DNA of 64,000 nucleotides from an uncultured Candidatus Rokubacteria bacterium (GCA_963840495.1 CAWIZN010000047.1:89485-153484); one strand, 5' to 3'; positions 29,069-38,638 are shown, counted from the stretch's first letter. A program made the numbers and translations. The notes: generated by a model from the letters alone, not told the origin.

Positions 29069-29288
29069 GGCGAACGTCAGTCTAACACCGCGCGTTAGTC
29101 GCGACAAGGCGGGCAGGCGGTCAATTTGCTTCGCCATACTTCGTTACTCGGTCGCCAGCGACGCTCAACGGCTACACTGCCAAGTAGTCGCCTCGCATCG
29201 CTGGCTCCCTCGTGCCTCGTCTGGCTCGCAACTTGCCCCGTGCCAAACTGACCCACTACCCCCGGACGAGCCGGGAGTGGTTGCCTGG

Positions 29289-29849
29289 TCAGGTTCGGTC
29301 GGCGGCGTCGGGCAGCACCGAGAGGCCCAGGGTCATCCACATCGCCGTGGCCTGGGCGGCCCAGGTCCACGGGTTGAGCGTCCACAGGGCGACGAGGCTC
29401 GCGGGCTCCGCCGGCCTTTCGTAGAGGACGGGCGTGCGCGACGGCATGACGAGCGCTTCCCCCGTGAGGACGTCCTCGCCGCGCTGGTTGGTGCAGACCG
29501 TCCGGAGGCGCATCCGGTTCTTGACCCGGTTCGTCTCGAGGACCTCGACGCGCGCGCGAATCACGTCGCCGAGCTTCACCGGGCGAAGGAACTTGAGATC
29601 CTGCGACAGGTAGATGGCGCCCGGCCCGGGCAACCGCGTCCCGATCACGGCGGAGATCAGGCCCGCCGTCCAGATCCCCGGGGCGATCGGCTCTTCGAAT
29701 TGCGTCGCCGCCGCGTACGCCGGATCGGAGTGCACGGGATTGTAGTCGCCGACCGACTCGACGAAGCCGGCGATGTCGGCGTCGGAGGCCCGGCGCGCAA
29801 TCTCCGCGACATCGCCCACCTCGATGGCGTCGATCGTGAGGCCGATCAC
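29289..29849 (-). CDS. phaJ: (R)-specific enoyl-CoA hydratase, MaoC/PhaJ-like
   Basis: C-terminal 186 aa of ORF 29289..30986(-): VIGLTIDAIEVGDVAEIARRASDADIAGFVESVGDYNPVHSDPAYAAATQFEEPIAPGIW.. The GTG start overlaps the upstream stop (GTGA). Confidence 0.78.
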   Translation of the reverse strand: MIGLTIDAIEVGDVAEIARRASDADIAGFVESVGDYNPVHSDPAYAAATQFEEPIAPGIWTAGLISAVIGTRLPGPGAIYLSQDLKFLRPVKLGDVIRARVEVLETNRVKNRMRLRTVCTNQRGEDVLTGEALVMPSRTPVLYERPAEPASLVALWTLNPWTWAAQATAMWMTLGLSVLPDAADRT

Positions 29850-30367
29850 GCGCGCGCTGCCTTGACGGCGGCGGTCAGCTCGCGGAGCTCTTTCACCACC
29901 GCGTCGAGGCGATCCTCGAGACCGTCGACCTTGTCCTCGAGCTGCACGATCTGCGCCGCCACGCCGATCACCTGGCTGCGCGAGGGCAGGCCGAGGCCCG
30001 CGAGCCCCGCGTCGATCTGCTGCTCGGCCGCCTTCTTGACCGGCCCCGACGTGTTGAGGAAGCTCTCCATCTGCTTGCCCATGGCCTGGGCGAAGGTCTC
30101 GGTGCCCATGGCCTGCTCGAGCACCTTGGACCACGCGGCGATCCACTGATCGAGGAACTGCTTCCACTGGCCCATCAGGTCCGCCGACGGCGGCCCCTGG
30201 GTCATCACCTTCGACCACGCCGCCATCCCCTGGTCCATGAAGGGCCGCCAGAACGACTGCGGATCCGCCGGCTGTCCCTGCCCGAGCGTCCGCAGCCAGG
30301 CCTGGGAGCCCTCCTCCACTTGCCGCTTCCAGAGATCGAAGAGCTGCTGACCGCCCGTCTCCGCCAT
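29846..30367 (-). CDS. small PHA synthase partner subunit (PhaE/class-IV PhaR-like), W/Q-rich
   Basis: ORF 29846..30367(-). W/Q-rich N-terminal half, with the C-terminal motif ..LGLPSRSQVIGVAAQIVQLEDKVDGLEDRLDAVVKEL.. typical of PhaE-type subunits. Lies 12 nt downstream of phaC1. Confidence 0.6.
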   Translation of the reverse strand: MAETGGQQLFDLWKRQVEEGSQAWLRTLGQGQPADPQSFWRPFMDQGMAAWSKVMTQGPPSADLMGQWKQFLDQWIAAWSKVLEQAMGTETFAQAMGKQMESFLNTSGPVKKAAEQQIDAGLAGLGLPSRSQVIGVAAQIVQLEDKVDGLEDRLDAVVKELRELTAAVKAARA

Positions 30368-30379
30368 GGCGCGTCTCCT

Positions 30380-31480
30380 CTACGACCGGGCCGCCAGCCA
30401 GGCGGCGACCTTGGGCCAGCAATGGGTCGAAGCGCCCCGGCCGGCGATGAGCGAGATATGGCCGCCCGGGAGCTCGAGGTATTCCTTGTCCGTGCTCGAC
30501 ACCGCGTCCATCAGCGCCTTCACGCAGGCGGGCGGCGCGATATTGTCTTCCTTCGCCCCCACGGCGAGCACCGGGCAGGCGATGGCCGAGAGCTTGACCG
30601 GCCGCCCGCCCATCACGAGCTCGCCCTTGACGAGCTTGTTCTGCTGGTAGAACTCCTTCACCCACTGGCGGAAGAACTCGCCCGGAAACGGCAGGTACTC
30701 GTTCGCCCACTTGTTGAGGGCGTTGAAGCCCGCGACGTACTCCGGATTCCACAGATTCCACCAGAGGTTCACGTTGGTGCTGAGGTCCATCGTCGGCTTG
30801 AGGAGCTTGAAGCCGAGCTTGACCATGTCGGCGGGGATGGTGCCGAGCGTGTCCACGTACTTGTCGACGTCGAAGTAGCGCGCGTCGAGCCACTGGCCGA
30901 ACATCCCCACCTGGGAGAAGTCGATGGGGCCCGCCATGTCGATGTAGTTCTTGAGGGGGAACTCCGGATGCGTGGTCAGGAAGCACGCCGACAGCGGCGC
31001 GCCCATGCAGTAGCCGAGCACCGACATCTCCGACGCCCCGGACGACTCGAGCGCCTTCCGGGCGAGCCGCGGCAGGATCTTCGTCACCGCGTCCTCCACC
31101 GTGAGGCTATTGTCCTCCGGGCCGAACACGCCCCAGTCGACGAGGTAGAAGTCGAAGCCCTGCTGGGTCATGTGCTCGATGAAGGATGCCTTGGGCATCA
31201 GGTCGAAGATGTACGGCCGGCTGATCCCGAGATTCGGCACGAAGAGCAGCGGGGTGCGGTAGGTGCGCTTGGAGGCGTACCGCCAGAGCCGCGACTTGTT
31301 CTTGCGGTAGATCTCCTCCCGAGGGGTGGGCCCGACCTCGGGCTCCTTCGGGTTCATGACCATCTCGCTCCAGTGCTTCATCCGGAGGAAATTGCGGCGC
31401 GTGTCTTCATCGAGGCGCGCCATCACTTCGGCGGACATGGCCGGCATCTCGGGCATCATCGTGAACAGTTGATCTTTCAT
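30380..31480 (-). CDS. phaC: class III poly(R)-hydroxyalkanoate synthase PhaC (copy 1)
   Basis: ORF 30380..31609(-). About 366 aa with lipase-box-like GYCMGA, plus ..LLFVPNLGISRPYIFDL.., ..FYLVDWG.. Start set to ATG 31480 with GAGGGGGAG upstream. Confidence 0.9.
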   Translation of the reverse strand: MKDQLFTMMPEMPAMSAEVMARLDEDTRRNFLRMKHWSEMVMNPKEPEVGPTPREEIYRKNKSRLWRYASKRTYRTPLLFVPNLGISRPYIFDLMPKASFIEHMTQQGFDFYLVDWGVFGPEDNSLTVEDAVTKILPRLARKALESSGASEMSVLGYCMGAPLSACFLTTHPEFPLKNYIDMAGPIDFSQVGMFGQWLDARYFDVDKYVDTLGTIPADMVKLGFKLLKPTMDLSTNVNLWWNLWNPEYVAGFNALNKWANEYLPFPGEFFRQWVKEFYQQNKLVKGELVMGGRPVKLSAIACPVLAVGAKEDNIAPPACVKALMDAVSSTDKEYLELPGGHISLIAGRGASTHCWPKVAAWLAARS

Positions 31481-31656
31481 ATGCTCCCCCTCGGTGCTGA
31501 CCTTCGGTGCTGCCCCTCGGTGCTGCCCCTCGGGCGCCATCGGCCTGGGTGGACTCGCCTGCTCGCTCGCGGCGTCGCCATCGTACCGCAACATGACGCC
31601 GTGCGGCAATCAATAGCCGGCGCCTCGGCGGCGCCCCTCCGCTATACTGGCGCCCT

Positions 31657-32226
31657 ATGCCGTCACCCTCCGCGGACGGACGGGCCTATCCTCGGGCCGT
31701 GACGCTCGCCGACGGCGGGACCGTCTCCCTGCGCCTCATGTCGACGGACGACGGGGACCGTCTCGTGGCCTTCGCCCGCGAGCTGCCGCCGGACGATCTG
31801 CTCTTCCTGAGCGTCGACATCACCGATCCGGAGGCGGTAGGGCGCTTCATCGAGGGCCTCGAGGCCGGCCGCATCGTCGGGGTGATCGCCGAGGACGCCG
31901 GCGTGACGGCGGGCTACGCCGCGCTCCTGCACCACGGCGTCACGTGGCAGCGCCACCTGGGGGAGATCTTCATCCAGGTGAGCTCGCGCCATCGGTCGCG
32001 CGGGCTCGGCCGCGCGCTCGCGACCGAGATCTCGGCGATCGCCCGCGACCTCGGGCTGCGGAAATTCATCGCGCGCATGACGCCCGATCAGAAGGGCGCC
32101 GTCAGCACCTTCGAGCGCCTCGGGTTCAAGACCGAGGCGCTGCTCCAGGACTTCGTGATCGACGCCGACGGCCGGACGCGCGACATCCTCGTGATGGCGC
32201 GCGATGTGCCGGCCGCCGCTCCCTGA
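31657..32226 (+). CDS. GNAT acyltransferase, storage-synthase-linked subfamily (GNAT-1)
   Basis: ORF 31657..32226(+). ..AYPRAVTLADGGTVSLRLM..LPPDDLLFLSVDITDP..GYAAL..RSRGLGRAL..ARMTPDQKGAVSTFERLGFKTEALLQDFVID.. TATACT at 31643-31648, 8 nt before the ATG. Divergent from phaC1. Confidence 0.8.
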   Translation: MPSPSADGRAYPRAVTLADGGTVSLRLMSTDDGDRLVAFARELPPDDLLFLSVDITDPEAVGRFIEGLEAGRIVGVIAEDAGVTAGYAALLHHGVTWQRHLGEIFIQVSSRHRSRGLGRALATEISAIARDLGLRKFIARMTPDQKGAVSTFERLGFKTEALLQDFVIDADGRTRDILVMARDVPAAAP

Positions 32227-32240
32227 AGAGGAGGACAGCC

Positions 32241-32651
32241 ATGACGACCGAACCAGGCAAGCCAGGCCCGCAACAGGCGCAACAGATGTGGGAGGCCGGC
32301 GCGCGCTCGTTGAGCGAGGGCTGGCAGCAGGCGCAGTCGTTCTGGAACACGGTCGCGCGGAGCTGGAGCGAGGCGGCGGGCACGATGATGGGGCAGCTCC
32401 CGCGCTCCGGGCCGGCCATGTCCTCCGAGGCCCTGGCCGCGTGGCGCGAGCTGAACGAAGCGGCCTTTGCCGTCGGACAGGCCTGGATGCGCCTGCCGCT
32501 GGCGCTGTCCTCCGGCGCTCCGCCCGCGGAGCTTCAGGCGGCGGTCACCCGGCTGACGGAGGCGCAGGGCCGCGCCTACAAGCTCTGGATGGAGGCCATC
32601 CAGAAGATGGGCGAGATGGCCAAGCCGGGGAGCGGCCCGCGGTCCTCGTGA
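32241..32651 (+). CDS. W/Q-rich phasin/PhaE-like small protein
   Basis: Last 136 aa of ORF 31944..32651(+). AGGAGGA lies 6 nt upstream of ATG 32241. MTTEPGKPGPQQAQQMWEAGARSLSEGWQQAQSFWNTVARSWSEAAG.. resembles in composition the N-terminal halves of the two PhaE-like proteins. Confidence 0.5.
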   Translation: MTTEPGKPGPQQAQQMWEAGARSLSEGWQQAQSFWNTVARSWSEAAGTMMGQLPRSGPAMSSEALAAWRELNEAAFAVGQAWMRLPLALSSGAPPAELQAAVTRLTEAQGRAYKLWMEAIQKMGEMAKPGSGPRSS

Positions 32652-33085
32652 GCACCCCCGCACCCGCACAGAGAATCGAGGCCGACTTTTTCCGCGCGCT
32701 CAATGCGCTGGTGGAGCCGGCCGTGCGCGCGGGCTGCGGCTCGCCCGGCCTTCTGCCCACCGGATTGATCGTGCTCGAGACCACGGGGGCCAAGAGCGGG
32801 CAGCCGCGTCGCGTACCCCTCCTCGCCACGGTCTTCGACGGCTGCGTCTTCATCGGCACCGTGCGCGGCGCGCGCTCGCTCTGGGTGCGCAATCTCGTCG
32901 CCGAGCCTCGCGCGCGCTACTGGGTCGCGGGACGCGAGCACCGCGGGCTCGCGCGGATCTTCGATCCGGGACGCCCCCTGCCCGCCACCGACGGGCTGCC
33001 GCCCTTCGCCCGCGCCGTGGCGGACGGGCTCCTGCCGCCTGCCACGCTGTGCGGCTGGACCTTCGCCATCATCGTCCCGGAGTGA
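32648..33085 (+). CDS. deazaflavin(F420)-dependent nitroreductase-family protein
   Basis: Tail of ORF 32204..33085(+): ..FFRALNALVEPAVRAG...VLETTGAKSGQPRRVPLLATVFDG..FIGTVRGARSLWVRNLVAEPRARYWV.. The GTG start overlaps the upstream stop (GTGA). Confidence 0.68.
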   Translation: MSTPAPAQRIEADFFRALNALVEPAVRAGCGSPGLLPTGLIVLETTGAKSGQPRRVPLLATVFDGCVFIGTVRGARSLWVRNLVAEPRARYWVAGREHRGLARIFDPGRPLPATDGLPPFARAVADGLLPPATLCGWTFAIIVPE

Positions 33086-33127
33086 CGTCGATCGACTGGC
33101 TCGCGCGGCGCTTTCTCTGAGGTCGCG

Positions 33128-34027
33128 GTGAGGGTCCTGGTCAGCGGAGCCACCGGGCTGATCGGCTCAGCCCTCGTCGCGCGCCTCGGCCAGACGGGCC
33201 ACGCGGCCATCCGCCTGGTGCGCACCGACCCTGACCCCGGCGGAACCGACGTGCGCTGGGACCCGGCGGCAGGCGCGCTCGACTCAGCACCCATCGAGGG
33301 GCTGGACGCCGTGGTGCATCTCGCGGGCGAGGACATTGCGAGCGGCGCCTGGACGGACGCCAAGAAAGCCCGCATCCGCGCGAGCCGCGTGGACGCCACC
33401 GCGCTCCTCGCACGGACCGTCGCCCGCCTGTCCCGTCCGCCCGCCGTCCTCGCCTGCGCGTCGGCGGTGGGATACTACGGCGACCGGGGCGACGAAGTCC
33501 TGACCGAGGAGAGCGCGGCGGGGACGGGCTTTCTCGCCTCCGTCTGCCGCGACTGGGAGCAGGCGGCGGCGCCCGCGAGCGAGGCCGGCATCCGCGTGCT
33601 GCACCTGCGCTTCGGCGTGGTCCTCGACCCGTCCGCGGGGGCGCTGTCCAAGATGCTCGGCCTGTTCCGGAAGGGCATGGGGGGGCCCATCGGGGGCGGG
33701 CGCCAGTACGTGAGCTGGATCGCGCTCGACGACGCGGTCGGCGGCATCCTGCACGCGCTGTCGACACCGGCGCTCTCGGGGGCGGTGAATGTCGCCGCGC
33801 CCGCTGCCGTCACGCAATCCGAATTCGCCGCGACCCTCGGTCGCGTGCTCGGGCGGCCGACCCTGCTCAGCGTGCCCGCGTTCGGGGTGCGGCTGATGCT
33901 CGGCGAGATGGCGGGTGAGACGATCCTGGCCAGTCAGCGCCTCGTGCCGGGCCGTCTCCTCGCGACCGGCTACACGTTCAGGTGGCCCGCGCTCGAGCCC
34001 GCGCTCCGCCACCTGCTCTCGGCCTGA
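33128..34027 (+). CDS. TIGR01777-type epimerase family protein (YfcH-like, SDR plus DUF1731)
   Basis: ORF 33128..34027(+). MRVLVSGATGLIGSALV.., ..RQYVSWIALDD.., and the C-terminus ..LLATGYTFRWPALEPALRHLL. Confidence 0.85.
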   Translation: MRVLVSGATGLIGSALVARLGQTGHAAIRLVRTDPDPGGTDVRWDPAAGALDSAPIEGLDAVVHLAGEDIASGAWTDAKKARIRASRVDATALLARTVARLSRPPAVLACASAVGYYGDRGDEVLTEESAAGTGFLASVCRDWEQAAAPASEAGIRVLHLRFGVVLDPSAGALSKMLGLFRKGMGGPIGGGRQYVSWIALDDAVGGILHALSTPALSGAVNVAAPAAVTQSEFAATLGRVLGRPTLLSVPAFGVRLMLGEMAGETILASQRLVPGRLLATGYTFRWPALEPALRHLLSA

Positions 34028-34086
34028 GCGTCAGACCATCGCCGCGCTCGCCGCCCGTCACGCCCGAAACCATGCCCGCGAGGATG

Positions 34087-34210
34087 TGTGTCGGAGTAGG
34101 CGACATGGACTCACGTGTCAGCGTCTGGCGTTCCGCTTCGAGCGCCGGCTCCGCCGGCGCAATCCCTCCTGGGGGGAGGCATCGGAAGGGGGGCGAAGCC
34201 CCCTCCGAGG
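34087..34210 (-). repeat. mosaic repeat B2 (GTCGGAGTA module plus GC palindrome plus G5/C5 hairpin)
   Basis: gtgtcggagtagg...ttcgagcgccggctccgccggcgcaatccctcctggggggaggcatcggaaggggggcgaagccccctccgagg is the reverse complement of 51034-51123, with one internal insertion. Confidence 0.75.
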
Positions 34211-34622
34211 GACTTAGCTTAGGCTAGCTAGCCGAGCGGACACATTCATGGATGCTATGCGACGACGGATTGCGAGGGTGGTCGTCGTCCATGGATGTCT
34301 ACTGACGTGATTTGGCACCCATTGCCGAGCGAGGTCGAGATGCAGAGCATGCGTATGGCGACTCGCGTTACTGACTGCCGTCGGACGATCGGCACTGAGC
34401 CGACGCGGCAGCGACGAAGGTCGAAATGTTGGACGAGTGTGATCGCCGCCACCTGTCAATGCCAGCGGATTGCGGCGTATGATCTGCGACGTCGAGTTCT
34501 GACGGGGGAGTGCCCGTGTCCTGAGTGTTGCCTCGATCCTGCCGCCTGCAGCTTCTGGCCGCCGGGCTTGCGAGGTTTCACGTTCCATATCTCGCAGATT
34601 CGACTCAACGAAAAGGTGCAGG

Positions 34623-34886
34623 TCAGAAACGATGCCGATGAAGACCATCCGCGTCGTCGATCGTGTATTTCATTTCCGCGGGGGCGAGGCGCCAGTTCAC
34701 CGCCACGTTCACGGCATTGATCTTGCCGCCGCCGAAGAGAACCTCGAAGTACTCCGGGCCGTTCTTGTCGAGGAAGGCGACGCGGTCCTGGGCAGCCACG
34801 CCCTCGGCGGCGAGCGCCCGAGCGACGCGGCTCGAGCGCCCGTCCATCTCGGCATAGCTGATCGTCCGCTGGCCGTACGTGATCAT
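34623..34886 (-). pseudogene. 5' fragment of an acyl-CoA synthetase gene
   Basis: ORF 34623..34886(-). MITYGQRTISYAEMDGRSSRVARALAAEGVAAQDRVAFLDKNGPEYFEVLFGGGKINAVNVAVNWRLAPAEMKYTIDDA is a typical AMP-binding N-terminus. It then breaks off into an AT-richer, non-coding-looking stretch. Confidence 0.65.
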
Positions 34887-34964
34887 CGGCCGGCCGCCGC
34901 GCGCTCTCGCGTGGGTGCGGACGACATTGGCGAGCGGTCCATGCCTCGAGGTGAGAGGAGGGCG

Positions 34965-35838
34965 TCATGCCGCGCCGCCGAGCCAACGCTCGGCCGTCTC
35001 GACGAAGCGCCCGGGTGCTTCGAGCTGGGGGACATGGCCGATCGCGTCGAACACCTCGAGCTTCCAGTCCGGCCGTCGCCGAGCCAACTCGCGCGAGGAT
35101 GCGATCGGCACGAGCCGATCGCCCGCGCCCTGGATGATGAGGCAAGGCGCGGTGACGCGGTCCACCATCGCATAGAAGCGGCGCCGCCGGCGCAGGGCCG
35201 ACCAGCAGCGAGCGCGTCGCATCGAGGAACGCGTCAGTGGCCCACGGCATCCGCGCGAGGCGGTCGGCCGCGAGAGCCACGTGGGCGGCCCGCACATCGG
35301 GCGCCACGCGGCTCGGATCCACGCAGCAGAGGCGCAGCATCTCGCGAACCAGGCCCTCGGCCCCGAGCCGCGCCGCGCGCCGCCGCATGTACCACGGGCC
35401 CAGCCACGGCATCGCGTAGGTGGCGAACACCGCCAGGACCTCGAGGTCGATGCGCCCTCGGCGCGGCGTCGGCTGGGCGGGCGCGGCCAGGATGAGGCGT
35501 GACACGCGCTCGGGCTCGGCCGCGGCCTCCATCAAGGCGAGGAGGCCGCCCATCGAGTTCCCCACCACGATGGCCGGGCCCGCAATGACCGAAGCGAGGA
35601 AGCGGTCGAGGAGATCCCGCTGCGCCGCCAACCCCGTCGAGCCCTTGACCGGCGGGGTCTCGCCGAAGCCGGCGAGATCGAGCGCGACGACCCGGTACCG
35701 GCGGGCAAGAGACGGCCCCACGCCGAGCCAGTTGATCGCCGATCCGCCGAGTCCGTGCACCAGCACCATGGGCGCCCCGGAGCCCCCGAAATCGATGTAG
35801 TGCACCGGCACCCCGAGGTCGATAACGCGCTGATCCAT
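34965..35838 (-). CDS. alpha/beta hydrolase, frameshifted as sequenced
   Basis: ORF 34456..35943(-) gives the N-terminal part (MDQRVIDLGVPVHYIDFGGSGAPMVLVHGLGGSAINW...VVGNSMGGLLAL..). ORF 34965..35297(-) gives the C-terminal part (..FYAMVDRVTAPCLIIQGAGDRLVP...GHVPQLEAPGRF..). The junction is at about 35192-35204. Confidence 0.75.
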
Positions 35839-35878
35839 CACTTGGACCCGGCAATAACGCGACGCAGCAAAATATCGC

Positions 35879-35906
35879 TTGACCGAATGACGCACCGTGT
35901 TATCCT
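35879..35906 (+). promoter_or_regulatory. putative promoter TTGACC-16-TATCCT upstream of the phasin gene
   Basis: TTGACC at 35879-35884 and TATCCT at 35901-35906, about 110 nt before ATG 36016. Confidence 0.35.
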
Positions 35907-36015
35907 CGCCTACGTGAGCAAGCAGCGGGTCACCGCAAAGCAACGCGTCCAGGTCAAACCAGTTCGGAGCCGGCAGTCGCCCGTCGCGGCCAGAGCCGGC
36001 ACAAGGAGCACGACG

Positions 36016-36479
36016 ATGTCCACGACAAAGACCCAGCCCCAGGCGACCACCGAGTTCCCCCCCTCAACCAGATCGGCGGCAAGGCTCTCGATGCCGTCTC
36101 GGCGCTCGCGGAGGCCAATCAGCGGGTGGTCGGCCAGCTGATCGAGCTGTCCGCTTCGGCTGCCGCGGATCGGCTCCGCACGCTCGGCGAGCTGCAGTCG
36201 GCCGCGCTCGACGCGGCCCGGGGCGTGTTCACACCGATGAATCCGCGCGAGGCCTTCGAGGAGCTTCGGCAGGACCCCTTCGCGTGGTACCGGAAGGGCG
36301 TCGCCTCGATGCTGGACGGCACCCAGCGCGTGTTCAAGCTCTTCGAGACCAATGCCCAGATCGTCTCCCGCAATACCGAGCGCTTCCAGGGCACCGCGGA
36401 GCGGACGGGCAAGGAGATCGAAAACGCCGTGAGCACCTGCACGAGCCGGCTCCGCGAGATCTACGGCACCCGCAACTAA
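36016..36479 (+). CDS. phasin-family protein, frameshift in a C7 run as sequenced
   Basis: ATG 36016 (AAGGAG upstream) gives MSTTKTQPQATTEFPP. After the C7 run (36057-36063) the natural sequence continues in the frame of ORF 36126..36479(+): ..LNQIGGKALDAVSALAEANQRVVGQLIELSASAAADRLRTLGELQSAALDAARG... Confidence 0.7.
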
Positions 36480-36543
36480 CACGATCGGCCGCGCGCGGGC
36501 CGCTCGGACGAGATCCGGCCTACCGATCGTTCCGAGCGGCCCG

Positions 36544-37143
36544 CTACGGCTCCAGGGCTTCACTGACCCCATACGCATCCATCTGCGACTGGAACCGCGC
36601 CACGTCATGGCTCAGGACCAGCAGATCGTGCTTCTTGCCCTCGCGGTCCTTGACGTGGTCCCGCAGGAGCGCCTCCGGCCGAAACCCCATGCCTTCGAAC
36701 ACCGCGATCGCGCCCTTCTGGTCCACCGTCATCTGCGCCACCATCTTCTCGATGCCGAGCTCGAGGGCCAGCGCAAAGGCCTCCTGGGTGAGCAGCCGAC
36801 CGAGTCCCTTGCCCCGCATCGCCCCGGAGACCAGCACCCGCAGCTCGGCGACGTGCGGGGACCAGTCGAGCTGCCCGCGGTCGACGGCCGCGTACCCCTG
36901 CACCACCCCATCGCGATCCGCGAGCAGGGTCGTGACCGCGCCGCGCTCGATGGCGTCGACCCAGGCGTCGATCACGGCAGGCCGGGTGATGTCGACGGGC
37001 AGGAAGAGCAGGTCGTGTCCGGGCAACGCGCGCGAGAACGCGAGCAGGGCCGCCCGGTCCATCCCGTTCATGGGGCGGAGCGTGACCATCTCCCCGCCGA
37101 GCGAGACCTTCCGCGGATAGGCGCGGCGCTCCCGGGTGCTCAT
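36544..37143 (-). CDS. GNAT acyltransferase, storage-synthase-linked subfamily (GNAT-2)
   Basis: Last 199 aa of ORF 36544..37773(-). MSTRERRAYPRKVSLGGEMVTLRPM..LPGHDLLFLPVDITRP..GYAAV..RGKGLGRLL..AQMTVDQKGAIAVFEGMGFRPEALLRDHVKD.. The ATG overlaps the phaC2 stop (ATGA). Confidence 0.8.
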   Translation of the reverse strand: MSTRERRAYPRKVSLGGEMVTLRPMNGMDRAALLAFSRALPGHDLLFLPVDITRPAVIDAWVDAIERGAVTTLLADRDGVVQGYAAVDRGQLDWSPHVAELRVLVSGAMRGKGLGRLLTQEAFALALELGIEKMVAQMTVDQKGAIAVFEGMGFRPEALLRDHVKDREGKKHDLLVLSHDVARFQSQMDAYGVSEALEP

Positions 37144-38225
37144 ACCGAGCGCTCCGAGAGCCAGGTATCGAGCTGGGGCCAGAGTCGTCGGCTGGCATTG
37201 GGCCCCGCCACGAGGCTCACGTGACCGCCCTTGAGCAGGAGCTCCTTCTTGTCGGCGCTCCCGACCATCGCCACGAGATCCTTCGCCGACGCGTAGGGGA
37301 CGATGTGATCGTGCTCGGCCATGACGTGCAGGAAGGGCACCGTGATGCGCTCGAGCACGACCGGCCGGCCGCCGAGCACCAGCTCGTTCTTGTACAGCCG
37401 GTTCTCCCACATGAGCTCCTTGACCGTCTGGCGGAAGCACTCGCCGGGAAACGGGATCTGGTCCGCCGCCCAGCGGTCGAACATGCGATAGCCCTTCACG
37501 AAATCGTCGTTCCACATATTGTCCCAGAGGCGCACCTGCCCGGCCAGGCGCGCCGCCGGCTTCAGCATCTCGAACGACGCGTACATCAGCTCGGGCGGCA
37601 CGTTGCCCAGCGAGTCGACGATGCGATCGACGTCGAAGTAGCGCTTGTCGGTCCACTGGCTGAACAGCGTCATCCCCTCGAAGTTCACCGGCGTGGTGAA
37701 GCAGGCGAGGTTCTTGACCGGGCCGTCCGGGTGCAGCGCCTCGTACAGCACCGCGAGCAGCCCCCCCATGCAATAGCCGATCATGGAGACATCGGGCTCG
37801 CCGCTGTCGCGCCGGATTCGCTCGAGGCAGTCGGGGATGAAGTCGAGGACATAGTCTTCCAGGCGCAGGCGCTTGTCCGCCGGGCGCGGCACGCCCCAGT
37901 CGATCATGTAGACGTCATAGCCCTGGCGGAGGAGGAACTCGATGAAGCTCTGGCCCGGCGTGAGATCGAGGATATAGGCCTTGCTGACCAGCGACATCAC
38001 GAGCAGCACCGGCACGCGGTACACCTCCGGCGCCAAGGGCCGGTAGTGGTAGAGGCGCAAGGTCCCGCGGGCGTACACGACGTCCTTCGGCGTCAGTCCC
38101 ATCTCCGGGGCCCCGGCCGACAGGTACTCGAGCCCCTTGACGTTGCGGAGGAGCGCGCGCTCCACCTCCTCGCGCACCCGGGTCTCGATGACGATCTCCG
38201 CCGGCGCGGCGCCCGGCGCCGTCAT
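37140..38225 (-). CDS. phaC: class III poly(R)-hydroxyalkanoate synthase PhaC (copy 2)
   Basis: Last 361 aa of ORF 37140..39404(-). MTAPGAAPAEIVIETRVREEVERALLRNVKGLEYL..., ..VLLVMSLVSKAYILDL.., ..VYMIDWG.., and the box GYCMGG. The ATG overlaps the upstream stop (ATGA). Confidence 0.9.
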   Translation of the reverse strand: MTAPGAAPAEIVIETRVREEVERALLRNVKGLEYLSAGAPEMGLTPKDVVYARGTLRLYHYRPLAPEVYRVPVLLVMSLVSKAYILDLTPGQSFIEFLLRQGYDVYMIDWGVPRPADKRLRLEDYVLDFIPDCLERIRRDSGEPDVSMIGYCMGGLLAVLYEALHPDGPVKNLACFTTPVNFEGMTLFSQWTDKRYFDVDRIVDSLGNVPPELMYASFEMLKPAARLAGQVRLWDNMWNDDFVKGYRMFDRWAADQIPFPGECFRQTVKELMWENRLYKNELVLGGRPVVLERITVPFLHVMAEHDHIVPYASAKDLVAMVGSADKKELLLKGGHVSLVAGPNASRRLWPQLDTWLSERSV

Positions 38226-38638
38226 GTGCCGCGACTCTCGCCGGCCGGTGTCGTCCCCGTTCCAGAGGCCGGCTGCTTCGTCCGCGGCGGCCGCATCGCG
38301 GCCGCGGTGGCGCCATCGGTCGGCGCCGCGCTCGTTCCGGCGGCGGTGAGCATCCGCTCGATCCCGGCCAGCCGGTCCTCGATCATCGCCAGCCGGTCCC
38401 CGAGGGTGAGGATGTCCGTGCGCGTCGGCATATTGAGCGCGCCGAGATAGCGGCTCATGCTCTCGGCCATGTTCTTCTGCATCATGACGTACGTCTCCAT
38501 CATGCGGCCCATCCACTGGGAGTACTGATCGGACCCCATGGCCTGGTTCAGGAGGGCATTCCATTGCTGCTCGGACTGGCTGATCCAGGAGCGCCACGCC
38601 GCCACCGGATCGGGAATGGGAGATGCCGGGTCCGCCAC
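38222..38638 (-). CDS. small PHA synthase partner subunit (PhaE-like), copy 2
   Basis: ORF 38222..38689(-). ..VAAWRSWISQSEQQWNALLNQAMGSDQYSQWMGRMMETY.. and ..LNMPTRTDILTLGDRLAMIEDRLAGIERML.. GTG start at 38638 with GAAGGAGGGG upstream. Confidence 0.6.
   Translation of the reverse strand: MADPASPIPDPVAAWRSWISQSEQQWNALLNQAMGSDQYSQWMGRMMETYVMMQKNMAESMSRYLGALNMPTRTDILTLGDRLAMIEDRLAGIERMLTAAGTSAAPTDGATAAAMRPPRTKQPASGTGTTPAGESRGT

Noticed and set aside
35839-36015. GCA/GCAA-rich strings between the hydrolase and phasin genes, considered as possible PhaR operators
   Set aside because: I could not match them convincingly to any PhaR binding consensus that I can state with confidence. They are left unannotated apart from the putative promoter.
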